DNA of 64,000 nucleotides from an uncultured Gemmatimonadaceae bacterium (GTDB taxonomy: Bacteria; Gemmatimonadota; Gemmatimonadetes; Gemmatimonadales; Gemmatimonadaceae). This document shows, piece after piece, positions 10,351 to 19,597 of this stretch. The notes below the pieces were generated by a model. The model worked only from the letters and a program-made list of their open reading frames with translations. It did no database searches and was not told the DNA's origin. The stretch lies in contig CAWHHI010000020.1 in the NCBI GenBank assembly GCA_963829055.1, forward strand, positions 768,001 through 832,000, written 5' to 3'. Each line of letters starts with the position of its first letter. Positions within the stretch are counted from its first letter, which is position 1. Both the position numbers and the translations under genes were made by a program.

Positions 10351-11997
10351 CTACTGCGCGATCTTCCGCACCGTCGGGTACTCGATGCCCAGCTGCTCGA
10401 GATACGTCTTGTACTTCTTCGGATCGTAGTAGTACTTCCGCATCTCCGGCCGGTACTGCGCCATGATGTCCGTATTGAGCCAGATCGGCGGCTTGTCCGT
10501 CGGCGCAAAGAACGGTTTGTACTTCACCTCTTTCGTCTGCACGTTCTCGAAGTAGTCTTTCGCGTCGACCACGATCTGCGGCGTGAGCAGGATGTCGAGC
10601 ACCGTCATCGCCTGCACCTTCGCGCCCGCCACCACGCCCTTGTGCGCGATCGGCGTCGCCATCGAGATCGCGTTCGCCCAGTTGTGCCCGGGCATGCCCG
10701 GAATGTTCGACGGATAGTTCAGCGTGATCGTCGGCACGTTCCAGCTCACGTCGCCGATGTCGTCCGAGCCGCCGCCCATGCGCGTCGCCTCGTTCACCGG
10801 ACCACCCAGACGCCCGGGACGCGAGCTCAGGCCGCTATCGGGAACGCCTAACTCGCGCTGAATCCCCTTCGCGAGCGTCTGGTCCTTCTCGTCCCACGTC
10901 GGCATCCCGACCTTCTGGATGTTCTGATACATCGCCTCGGCGATCGGGCGCGAGAAGTGTCCGCTCCAGCCCGAGCCGACCATCATGATCGTGTCGATCT
11001 GGACGTCGGCCATCATCGCGGCGCCCTGCGCCATCTTCTTCGCCGACTCGAACATCGCCATCGTGCGCGGATAGTCACGCTCGCGGAAATAGAACCAGAT
11101 GCTCGCCGTGCTCGGCACCACGTTAGGCTGGTCGCCGCCGTCGGGAATCACGTAGTGCGACCGCTGCGGCAGCTCCATGTGCTCGCGGTGGAACTCCCAC
11201 GCCTGCGCCATGAGCATGACCGCGTCGAGCGCGCTCTTGCCGCGCCACGGCGCACCGGCCGCGTGCGCGCTCGAGCCCTTGAACTTGAAGATGGCCGAGA
11301 TGAGCGCGTTGGAGCCGGACTGCCCCCAGGACACGCCTAACGTGTTGCCGACGTGCGTGAACAGCGTGACGTCGACGTCCTTGAACACGCCGGCCCGCAC
11401 GAGGAACGCCTTGCCGGCCATCTGCTCCTCGGCAACGCCCGGCCAGAGCACGAGCGTGCCGGGGATCTTGTCGCGCTCCATGATCTTCTTCACGACGATG
11501 GCGGCGGCGACGTTGAGTGGCATGCCGGAGTTGTGCCCTTCGCCATGGCCCGGCGATCCCTGGATGAACGTGTCCTTGTAGCCGACGCCGGGCTTGTTGC
11601 CGGCCTGCGGGATGCCGTCGATGTCCGAGCCTAACGAGATGACGGGCTTGCCCGACCCCCACTTCGCGACGAACGCGGTCGGTATGCCGGCGACGCCGCG
11701 CTCGACCTTGAAGCCGTTCTGCTCGAGGATCCCGGTCAGGTACTTGGACGTCTCGACTTCCTGCATGCCGAGCTCGCCGAAGGAGAAGACCTGATCGACC
11801 ATCTCCTGGATCATCTTCGCTTTCGCGTCGATCTCCTTGGCGGCTTCAGCCTTGAGGGCGTCGAGCTGCGGGGTGCTCGGATACTTGTACTTGATGGAGT
11901 CGGCGGCGTTACCCGGCGCACCGCGCTGAGCCGTGGCGGGAGCGGACGCGAGGATGACGAGGGCCGAGGCGGCCAGGGCGACTGAGAATCGGGTCAT
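10351..11997 (-). CDS. Secreted M20-family amidohydrolase (AbgB-like)
   Basis: Signal peptide; GHGEGHN, AEE, AHAAGAPWRGKSALDA, GGDQPNVVP, GGSDDIGDVSW. Confidence 0.85.
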   Translation of the reverse strand: MTRFSVALAASALVILASAPATAQRGAPGNAADSIKYKYPSTPQLDALKAEAAKEIDAKAKMIQEMVDQVFSFGELGMQEVETSKYLTGILEQNGFKVERGVAGIPTAFVAKWGSGKPVISLGSDIDGIPQAGNKPGVGYKDTFIQGSPGHGEGHNSGMPLNVAAAIVVKKIMERDKIPGTLVLWPGVAEEQMAGKAFLVRAGVFKDVDVTLFTHVGNTLGVSWGQSGSNALISAIFKFKGSSAHAAGAPWRGKSALDAVMLMAQAWEFHREHMELPQRSHYVIPDGGDQPNVVPSTASIWFYFRERDYPRTMAMFESAKKMAQGAAMMADVQIDTIMMVGSGWSGHFSRPIAEAMYQNIQKVGMPTWDEKDQTLAKGIQRELGVPDSGLSSRPGRLGGPVNEATRMGGGSDDIGDVSWNVPTITLNYPSNIPGMPGHNWANAISMATPIAHKGVVAGAKVQAMTVLDILLTPQIVVDAKDYFENVQTKEVKYKPFFAPTDKPPIWLNTDIMAQYRPEMRKYYYDPKKYKTYLEQLGIEYPTVRKIAQ

Positions 11998-12398
11998 GTG
12001 TAGGCCGAGAGGGTTTGGTGGACTTTCGAGAGGCTAACGTCGAATCACGGGCGACGCCACTGGTCGCGCCGATGAGCACACACCGGTGACGTGCGCGTTC
12101 GCGTTACGCGTGGTGCAATCCACCACGTCGGGTCGACCACTCGCGCCAGGACGGCCATCGATTCCGGAGGGGAGAGCGGGCTCGTCGAGGCGCGCGCGTC
12201 CTGAATTCGACCCGCCTGTTCGAGTCGCCGTTCGTGCGATTCGGAACACCGCCACGCTGTTGGTGACGCGACGACATCCGCACGAGGCGCCGCCTCGGTA
12301 TTCCTGATCGAGACACGCCACCGACACGGCGTGCGCGCAGGTGGCGACGCGCCTCGCCTCATGCGATCACAGTTGGCGCAGCAACGAGGAGTTGAAAC

Positions 12399-12985
12399 AT
12401 GAAATCGAACACGCGAGCCCATGTCGACGCCAGCGCCGTCGCGGGCACATCACTGAATGACGAACGCCGAGATGTTGGCAGGCTGCGCGAAGGCAGCATT
12501 GCAGGCGCACTGGCCGCGGGCGGCGTCGCGCTCTGGTATCTGTTCCGTGACCTGATGGCCGGACACGCCCTGTTCACGCGGCGGCTCGCGATCGGCCAGC
12601 TGCTCGGTATTCACGCATGAGCGATGGGACGGCGACGGCCATTGTCGGATACACGTTGGTTCACTTCGCCGGATTCATCGCGCTCGGCGTTGTCGCCGCG
12701 GTCGTGGTTCGCATGGCGGCGCGTCAGGCGACGGTGCTCGCGGGTGCGTTCCTCGCGTTCGTGATCGCCGAAGCGGCGTTCTGGGTCGTCATCGGGCTGC
12801 TGAACCAGGGGACGCTCGCCGGCATGCTCGGGTGGTCGCAGCTCGCGGCCGGAAACATCCTCGGTTGTGCCATCGTTGGCATCACGTTGTGGCGTGCGCA
12901 CCCGGAGCTGCCTGATGAGGTGCGAGTCGCCATGAGCGGCACCGGATCGTGGAATGCCGCCAGAGCAACGCACCAGCCGCGGTGA
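12399..12985 (+). CDS. Hypothetical membrane protein split by a frameshift near 12580-12615
   Basis: GAGGAG RBS; ORFs 12399..12620 and 12617..12985 read as one multi-TM protein (REGSIAG...; GYTLVHF...; LWRAHPEL). Confidence 0.55.
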
Positions 12986-13190
12986 TCGCAGGATTTTGTT
13001 ACGTTAGGCAGGCGCGCCGTCGCCAGGGCGTATTATCGGCGATTAATGGCTTTGAGACGGCGCGTCGCGATCCGCACGGTTAGCTGATGGCGCGATGGCA
13101 CCGCTTGCGCGCCATCTCGGCCCGCAGGCCAAGCGCTGACCGGAGCCGCGCGCGAGCAGCCTAACGCGCGGCTCTGCGGGCAGGGCGCCG

Positions 13191-13391
13191 TTACGCCGCG
13201 ACCGCCGTTGCGGGTACGGAGGCGAGAGCCGCGACGAGCGCTTCCACCTGAGCTGCGCTGAATAGTCCGTTCGGACCGTGCGGCGCGTGGTCCGTGAACG
13301 GCGACTCGTAGAGAATCGCCGTCGGCTTCGCCTTCGAGGCGGCTTCGTGCACGTCGGGCCATTCACGTTGGAGGAAGCCGAAATGCGTCAT
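13191..13391 (-). pseudogene. hsdR: Type I restriction R-subunit remnant with N- and C-termini fused in frame
   Basis: MTHFGFLQREWPDVHEAASKA resembles EcoAI/EcoEI-type HsdR N-termini; LYESPFTDHAPHGPNGLFSAAQVEALV resembles their C-terminus. Confidence 0.7.
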
Positions 13392-13515
13392 CGTTGTCCG
13401 AATTCTGACCGTCGCACCCTAAGCCACCACGCCAGTTTGCGAAAGCTGGCTTCGATCTCGGTTGAAGCGCGACGCGCCAGTGTGATCACAGGCACCGACA
13501 GTCTCACTGGCCCGC

Positions 13516-13538
13516 TGTATATACACCACGTATATTCA
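13516..13538. promoter_or_regulatory. Candidate brnTA autoregulatory operator
   Basis: Perfect palindrome TGTATATACA at 13516-13525 plus a degenerate copy just before the brnT ATG, AT-rich in a GC-rich background. Confidence 0.5.
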
Positions 13539-13539
13539 C

Positions 13540-13815
13540 ATGTACTTCGAGTGGGACGTCGAGAAAGCGGAGGAGAACTTCGTCAAACATGGCATCGATT
13601 TCGAGGACGCCATCCGGATTTTCGACGGGCCGACAGTCGAGGGCGAGGATGGCCGGCGAGACTACGGGGAAACCCGGATGTGGGCGATTGGCGCGTTAGG
13701 TCCTCGTCTCGTCACGGTGATCTACACCATGCGCGGCGACGTCTGCCGCATCATCTCCGCTCGAATGGCTTCGAGGCATGAGCAAAAAACGTATCGTAAG
13801 AGTCAAAGCGGGTGA
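13540..13815 (+). CDS. brnT: BrnT-family ribonuclease toxin
   Basis: FEWDVEKAEENFVKHGIDFEDA...RDYGETR...RIISAR. Confidence 0.92.
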   Translation: MYFEWDVEKAEENFVKHGIDFEDAIRIFDGPTVEGEDGRRDYGETRMWAIGALGPRLVTVIYTMRGDVCRIISARMASRHEQKTYRKSQSG

Positions 13816-14107
13816 GCAACGCCGCGGGCGCACGGACTTCGCGCGGCTCGACCGGATGACGGATGAAGAGGCCGAGGCAGCGGCGTTATCGGATCCGGAC
13901 AATCCGCCGCTGACGGACGAATGGCTCAAGAACGCAAAGTGGGTGGAGCGCCCACCGAAGGAGGCGATCTCCATTCGCATCGACGCGGACGTGCTGGCGT
14001 GGTTCCGCGCGCAGGGGAGCGGCTATCAATCGGCGATGAACGCGGTGCTGCGGTCGTACGTCGAGCATGCCCGCGTCGCCCGTGGCCGCCGGCCATCCGG
14101 TGGATAG
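13778..14107 (+). CDS. brnA: BrnA antitoxin
   Basis: AALSDPDNPPL; KEAISIRIDADVLAWFRAQGSGYQSAMNAVLRSY; overlaps brnT. Confidence 0.9.
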   Translation: MSKKRIVRVKAGEQRRGRTDFARLDRMTDEEAEAAALSDPDNPPLTDEWLKNAKWVERPPKEAISIRIDADVLAWFRAQGSGYQSAMNAVLRSYVEHARVARGRRPSGG

Positions 14108-14199
14108 CGGCATTTCACAGCTCGGTGTCATCGCTCGTCATAGACCGGGGCATCGACATCGTACGCGCGTCGCCGACTCGGCAAGATGCCCCACCAGAC

Positions 14200-14445
14200 G
14201 CATGCCACGATCCGCTGACGTCACCCGACCGCTGGACAGTCGAGCGACCACACACGCTCGTTGTCGCGTGCTCCGATGGGCGATTGCACGCGTGACAGCG
14301 ACAGGACAGCGGCGAGCTGATGGAACGGAGAGACGAGTGGGCGGGCCAGGCCATGGTGATGTCATATCGCTGCGACGTGCACGCCGGAGGCGAGATCACG
14401 TTCCGCGCGTTCGGCGACACCTTACCCGCGCTCACTCGATCGTGA
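14200..14445 (+). pseudogene. Remnant of a beta-carbonic-anhydrase-like gene (in-frame stop, internal deletion)
   Basis: ERPHTLVVACSDGRL (C-x-D-x-R) then TGA at 14293, continuing in frame QRQDSGELMERRDEWAG...YRCDV. Confidence 0.4.
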
Positions 14446-14495
14446 CGTACTGCTCCGAATCAACGACTCTGACCCCTTTGAAACCCCGCCACGGG

Positions 14496-15266
14496 TCATC
14501 GCACGCGCCACACGATCGACGCGACGGCATAATGAAGCCAGGCGAAGCTGTAGACCTCCGGGACGTCGGCGCCGCCTTCCAGCGTGCGATATCCAATCTG
14601 GATGCGCCACGGCCCGCCATTGTCGTAACCGAGCTTCAGCGCTGCATCCACCGCTCGACCCGGGCCGCCAGCCAGGCCGTCGACGTCGAGACCAAGGCGC
14701 CAGCGTTCAGCCACGCTCCAGTCACCCGCGACGTGCAACAGCGGAACGAAGCCGAGATCGTCCTTTCGGCTGGCAGTGGACCCCTGCTCGAGCGCGATCT
14801 GCGCGTCGCGGATCTTCCCGGTGAACCCGACCCACGCCGCGGATCGTGAGCCGGCGTGGAAGCGGTAACGGTACGAGAGCCGGTACGAGTTGAACGTGTA
14901 CTTCGCCTCGACCGGCTGTCCGGGAGCGTACGTCGCCCCGGCGAATCGGACGATCTCATCGAGCTGACCGGTCTCGGTGATCGAGAAAGGGGCGGCGAGC
15001 AGTCGAAGTCCGTGGCGCTCGGCGACGTTCCACGTCGCGTAAAGGCGGGCAGCGGGCCACGGTCCGTTGCCCGTCACGTCGACCAGAGAGAACCGCGTCG
15101 CCGAGCCGTCGTTAGGTATCTCGACGTCGTTACGCGTTTGCCAGACGGCGCCACCTTCGAGCTCGATGGCCAGCTTCGGCGACCGAGCAGCCGGCTGGGC
15201 AACGAGCTCGGCGGGTGTGAGGAGCGCGAACGCACAGACTTGGGCGAGCCAGCCGATTCTGGCCAT
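14496..15266 (-). CDS. Putative outer-membrane beta-barrel protein
   Basis: Signal peptide MARIGWLAQVCAFALL; alternating amphipathic strands (YRLSYRYRF, IGYRTLEGGAD); aromatic residue near the C-terminus. Confidence 0.65.
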   Translation of the reverse strand: MARIGWLAQVCAFALLTPAELVAQPAARSPKLAIELEGGAVWQTRNDVEIPNDGSATRFSLVDVTGNGPWPAARLYATWNVAERHGLRLLAAPFSITETGQLDEIVRFAGATYAPGQPVEAKYTFNSYRLSYRYRFHAGSRSAAWVGFTGKIRDAQIALEQGSTASRKDDLGFVPLLHVAGDWSVAERWRLGLDVDGLAGGPGRAVDAALKLGYDNGGPWRIQIGYRTLEGGADVPEVYSFAWLHYAVASIVWRVR

Positions 15267-15325
15267 GGTGTTCTGCGGGTCATCTGGCTGGCAGACTGGT
15301 GTCGACGTTGTGCCGTCCATCGAGC

Positions 15326-15898
15326 CTACTTGATCGTGACGTACTGCTCCAGCCGCGCGACCTCGGTCTTGTCCACGTACTTGCCGATCTCGCGGCGGAA
15401 CCGCTCGATGTCCTTGTACGGGCGATACTCCTTGAACTCGTGCAGCATGCGGCGCCCGACACCGGGGATGAGCAGAATCTCCTCGTCGGTCGCGGTGTTC
15501 AGATCGATGGGCTTCCACACCTTCCCGTAGATCGCCTTTCGCGCTGTCGAGTCCGGAGCGTGGGTGAGGAGCACCTTGTTCACGTCACGCATGTCGCCGT
15601 ACGGCCGGCCGGCGATGATCGCGTCGACCACGTGGCCCGGCATGCCGGGAACGGCGGCGAGCTGCTCGCGCGTCGCGGTGTTCGGATCGAGCAGCCCACC
15701 CTGCGCGGCGGCCTCACCGCCGGAAGCGACCGCCGTCGTGTCGGACCTGGCCGCACCGACGGTGGGTGTGGCGGCCGAGTCGGCAACGACGACGCTGTCG
15801 GTCGCGCGATCGGTGGAGCCGCCGCAGCCGGCACCGGCGAGGAACATCAGGGGGAGCGCGATGGCGCGCGCGGCGGCGGGAATACGGGCAGCGATCAT
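15326..15898 (-). CDS. Helix-hairpin-helix (ComEA-like) lipoprotein
   Basis: Lipobox-like LAGAGC; two HhH units LDPNTATREQLAAVPGM and IDLNTATDEEILLIPGVG. Confidence 0.75.
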   Translation of the reverse strand: MIAARIPAAARAIALPLMFLAGAGCGGSTDRATDSVVVADSAATPTVGAARSDTTAVASGGEAAAQGGLLDPNTATREQLAAVPGMPGHVVDAIIAGRPYGDMRDVNKVLLTHAPDSTARKAIYGKVWKPIDLNTATDEEILLIPGVGRRMLHEFKEYRPYKDIERFRREIGKYVDKTEVARLEQYVTIK

Positions 15899-16356
15899 GA
15901 TTCCTCCGACAATGAGGTGATGGGCGCGCGGAACGCGGGGTGACGGAACGCGTACGCGAGCCCGAGGAGGCCGAGCTGGGACAGCGCACCCGGGGCGAGC
16001 GCTGGCGTCGCGCCGCGGATGGCCTCCCAGAAGAGATGGAGCCCGTGCAGCGACCCGTCGCGCTCGAGCTCGAACTCCACGTTGCCCCGGTAGTGCAGGT
16101 AGACGCCGATGACACCTGTCACGACGCAGAGCGCCATGACCCCCTGGAAGAAGCGGACCGTGCCGGGTCCGCGCCGGACGTAGACGGCTCCCGTCGCGCC
16201 GAGGACCACGACGAGGAGCGCGAGCGGGATCCACTGCGTGACCGAGTCGAAGTGCTCGAGCAGTCCAAGCTCGACGAGGAGCCCGGCCGCGCCAAGGAAG
16301 ACCAGGGCGAGCAGCATTTGTCGCAGCGGACCGTCGTGAGCCGCGTTCACTCCCAT
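15895..16356 (-). CDS. Hypothetical 4-TM membrane protein, coupled to the HhH gene
   Basis: ELGLLEHF, GVYLHYRGNVEFELE, GATPALAPG; ATGA overlap with the downstream gene. Confidence 0.7.
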   Translation of the reverse strand: MGVNAAHDGPLRQMLLALVFLGAAGLLVELGLLEHFDSVTQWIPLALLVVVLGATGAVYVRRGPGTVRFFQGVMALCVVTGVIGVYLHYRGNVEFELERDGSLHGLHLFWEAIRGATPALAPGALSQLGLLGLAYAFRHPAFRAPITSLSEES

Positions 16357-16588
16357 GGTCGCAGTATATCGCCTCATCCTAGGTCCAATGGTACCGGGCC
16401 AACCGCCGATGAGATGTTGAATAGCTGTCGGAGGTGTCGGGCGTTCCCCGACGCATCACCCGTAGGTTCCGCGACTGACGACGCCGCCAGGATCATCGAC
16501 CGTGCCGTCACGGATCTGACGGGTTGGCGCGCGCGCCGAGTCTTCTCTCGTCGCGCCCTGTCGCTGGCCCGTACCGCCAGGAGAGGAG

Positions 16589-18859
16589 ATGACTCTGCCC
16601 GAGCCGACGTCCACGCGCCCCGAGCACGCGCGCTACGAGCCGCCCGTTCTCCAGCCGAAGCCTGCCGGGCCCGGCCCCCTGCTCGACTCGTTCAGCTACG
16701 ACGACGACATCGTCCGCAAGTTCCTCACGGCGACGTTCGTCTGGGGACTCGTCGGCATGCTCGTCGGACTGGTGGTCGCGCTGCAGCTCGCGAACCCGGT
16801 GTTCAACGTTGGCCCGTGGTTCACGTTCGGCCGCCTCCGCCCGCTGCACACGAACGCCGTGATCTTCGCGTTCGCCGGCAACGCGTTCTTCACCGGCGCG
16901 TACTACTCCACGCAGCGCCTGCTCAGGGCCCGGATGTTCTCCGACGGCCTGAGCCGGTTTCATTTCTGGGGCTGGCAGGCGATCATCGTCGCGGCCGCGA
17001 TCACGCTCCCGTTAGGCTTCACGCAGGCCAAGGAGTACGCGGAGCTCGAGTGGCCGATCGACATCGCGATCGCCGTCGTGTGGGTCGCGTTCGCGGTCAA
17101 CTTCTTCGGCACGATCGCCCGACGGCGCGAGCGACATCTCTACGTCGCGATCTGGTTCTACATCGCCAGCATCATCACGGTCGCGATCCTCCACATCTTC
17201 AACAACCTCTCCATCCCCGCGGGCGGGTTCAAGAGCTACTCGATCTACGCCGGCGTGCAGGACGCGTTCATGCAGTGGTGGTACGGGCATAACGCGGTGG
17301 CGTTCTTCCTCACGACGCCATTCCTCGGGCTCATGTACTACTTCCTGCCCAAGGCGGCGGAGCGTCCGGTCTTCAGCTACAAGCTGTCGATCCTGCATTT
17401 CTGGACGATCGTCTTCATGTACATCTGGGCGGGGCCGCACCACCTGCACTACACGGCCCTGCCGGAATGGGCATCCACGTTAGGCATGCTGTTCTCCGTC
17501 ATGCTGTGGATGCCGTCCTGGGGCGGGATGGTGAACGGCCTCCTCACGCTGCGCGGCGCCTGGCACAAGGTGATCGAGGAGCCGGTGCTCAAGTTCTTCG
17601 TCGTCGCCATCACGGCCTATGGCATGGCGACGTTCGAGGGGCCCATGCTGTCGATCAAGAGCGTCAACGGGCTCGCGCATTACACCGACTGGATCATCGC
17701 CCACGTGCACACGGGCGCGTTAGGCTGGAACGGGTTCCTCACGTTCGGCATGATCTACTGGCTCTTGCCGCGACTGTTCCAGACGCAGCTCTACAGCAAG
17801 AAGCTCGCGGAGATGCACTTCTGGGTCGCCACGTTCGGCATCCTGCTGTACGTCGTCGCGATCTACTCCGCGGGCGTCACGCAGGGACTCATGTGGCGCG
17901 CGTTCGACGAGACCGGCCGGCTCGCCTACCCCGATTTCGTCGAGACGGTCATGAAGCTCATGCCGATGTACTGGATGCGCGCCGTGGGCGGGTCGCTCTA
18001 CCTCGTCGGCATGGTGCTGTTCGGCTACAACATCCTGATGACGTGGCGTCGCCGGCCGGCGACGTACGACGTGCCGGTCATCCAGGCACCGCGCCTGGCA
18101 CCGGAGTACGTCCCGACGCCGGGACACGGCGCGCCAGTACCGGCGAGCAGCAGCGGCTGGGCGCGATTCGTCGCCATGGATTGGCACCGCGCCTGGGAGC
18201 GGCTGCCGGTGACCTTCAGCGTCCTGACCGCGGTCGCGGTGGTCGTCGCCTCGCTGTTCGAGATTCTGCCCACGTTTCTCATCCGATCGAACGTGCCGAC
18301 CATCGCGTCGGTGAAGCCGTACACGCCACTCGAGCTCGCGGGGCGCGACGTCTACATCGCCGAGGGCTGCTTCAACTGCCACTCGCAGATGATCCGGCCG
18401 TTCCGACACGAGACCGAGCGCTACGGCGAGTACTCGAAGCCCGGCGAGTTCGTGTACGACCATCCGTTCCTCTGGGGCTCACGCCGCATCGGGCCTGACC
18501 TCGCGCGCGAGGGCGGCAAGTACCCGAACCTCTGGCATGTGCGCCACATGGAGGAGCCGCGCGCCATCACCCAGAAGTCGATCATGCCGGCCTATCCGAA
18601 CCTGCTGAGCACACCACTCGACTTCGCCGGGATCCAGCGCCGCGTAGACGTGATGGCAATGCTCGGCGTGCCGTACGGCGACGCCGTGAACCGCGCGCCA
18701 CAGATGGCGCGTGCCCAAGCCGACTCGATCGCCCGGGCCATCGAAGGCGAGGGCGGGCCGAAGGGACTCCAGGACAAGCAGATCGTCGCGCTCGTCGCGT
18801 ACCTCCAGCGACTCGGACGCGACATCAAGGCGCCGCAGGTGGCGAGGAGCACGCCATGA
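16589..18859 (+). CDS. ccoN: cbb3-type cytochrome c oxidase fused subunits I/II (CcoN-CcoO)
   Basis: FGRLRPLHTN, QWWYGHNAV, WAGPHHLHY, AHVH; CcoO EGCFNCHSQMIRP, WGSRRIGPDL. Confidence 0.97.
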   Translation: MTLPEPTSTRPEHARYEPPVLQPKPAGPGPLLDSFSYDDDIVRKFLTATFVWGLVGMLVGLVVALQLANPVFNVGPWFTFGRLRPLHTNAVIFAFAGNAFFTGAYYSTQRLLRARMFSDGLSRFHFWGWQAIIVAAAITLPLGFTQAKEYAELEWPIDIAIAVVWVAFAVNFFGTIARRRERHLYVAIWFYIASIITVAILHIFNNLSIPAGGFKSYSIYAGVQDAFMQWWYGHNAVAFFLTTPFLGLMYYFLPKAAERPVFSYKLSILHFWTIVFMYIWAGPHHLHYTALPEWASTLGMLFSVMLWMPSWGGMVNGLLTLRGAWHKVIEEPVLKFFVVAITAYGMATFEGPMLSIKSVNGLAHYTDWIIAHVHTGALGWNGFLTFGMIYWLLPRLFQTQLYSKKLAEMHFWVATFGILLYVVAIYSAGVTQGLMWRAFDETGRLAYPDFVETVMKLMPMYWMRAVGGSLYLVGMVLFGYNILMTWRRRPATYDVPVIQAPRLAPEYVPTPGHGAPVPASSSGWARFVAMDWHRAWERLPVTFSVLTAVAVVVASLFEILPTFLIRSNVPTIASVKPYTPLELAGRDVYIAEGCFNCHSQMIRPFRHETERYGEYSKPGEFVYDHPFLWGSRRIGPDLAREGGKYPNLWHVRHMEEPRAITQKSIMPAYPNLLSTPLDFAGIQRRVDVMAMLGVPYGDAVNRAPQMARAQADSIARAIEGEGGPKGLQDKQIVALVAYLQRLGRDIKAPQVARSTP

Positions 18860-19029
18860 AGAGCCTCACCAATGTCGTGAGCGGCGCAGGACTCTCCGGC
18901 TACGCCGAGATCGCGCTCGTGATCTTTCTCATCGCGTTCATTGGCGTCGTGATCTCGCTCTTCGCGCCGAGCAAACGGGTCACGTACGAGCGCATGCGCC
19001 ACCTACCGATGGATGACACCGATGCCTAA
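18856..19029 (+). CDS. ccoQ: cbb3 oxidase subunit CcoQ (57 aa, not in the ORF track)
   Basis: MKSLTNVVSGAGLSGYAEIALVIFLIAFIGVV...YERMRHLPMDD; position between ccoNO and ccoP. Confidence 0.85.
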   Translation: MKSLTNVVSGAGLSGYAEIALVIFLIAFIGVVISLFAPSKRVTYERMRHLPMDDTDA

Positions 19030-19597
19030 CAAGGACCAGCAGGACCACCTGCTCGAGCACAGCTACGACGGCATCGAGGAGTTCGACAACCCCATGCCGC
19101 GGTGGTGGGTGTACATCTTCTGGGCGACCATCGTGTTCTCGGTGCTGTACTTCCTGAACGTCCCGGGCGTCGGCATCGGCAAGGGTCGGATCTCCGACTA
19201 CGACCGCGCCATGGCCGCCGCCGCGGCGGTCGACGCCAAACGCCGTGCCGCCGAGCCGGCCGGATCATCCCCGGAGCAGCTCGCGGCCATGACGAAGGAC
19301 GCGTCGGTCCTGGCGTTAGGCAAACAGACCTTCAGCCAGAACTGCGCGGCCTGCCACCGCGGCGACGCCGGCGGACAGATCGGCCCGAACCTCACCGACG
19401 ACTACTGGCTCCACGGCGACGGCCTCGCGCAGATCCACAAGAGCGTGGCTGACGGCGTGCTCGAGAAGGGGATGCCGCCGTGGGGCAAGGTGCTCAAGCC
19501 GGCGCAGCTCGACGCCGTGGTCGCATACGTGTTCACGCTTCACGGAACGAATCCACCCAACCCGAAAGCTCCCCAGGGCGAGATGGTACCGCGGTGA
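19022..19597 (+). CDS. ccoP: cbb3 oxidase subunit III (single heme)
   Basis: HSYDGIEEFDNPMPRWW; one CAACH; GPNLTDDYWLHG. Confidence 0.93.
   Translation: MPNKDQQDHLLEHSYDGIEEFDNPMPRWWVYIFWATIVFSVLYFLNVPGVGIGKGRISDYDRAMAAAAAVDAKRRAAEPAGSSPEQLAAMTKDASVLALGKQTFSQNCAACHRGDAGGQIGPNLTDDYWLHGDGLAQIHKSVADGVLEKGMPPWGKVLKPAQLDAVVAYVFTLHGTNPPNPKAPQGEMVPR

Noticed and set aside
10351..11997. M20 amidohydrolase as the lanthipeptide leader protease
   Set aside because: An AbgB-like family common in such genomes and separated by about 215 bp; nothing beyond proximity links it.
13003..13200. GTTAGGC/GCCTAAC read as integron attC core sites
   Set aside because: The motif equals the attC core consensus, but most copies are inside CDSs, are not paired into 55-140-bp hairpins, and no intI is present.
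16380..16588. FNR box upstream of ccoN
   Set aside because: No convincing TTGAT-N4-ATCAA match was found.
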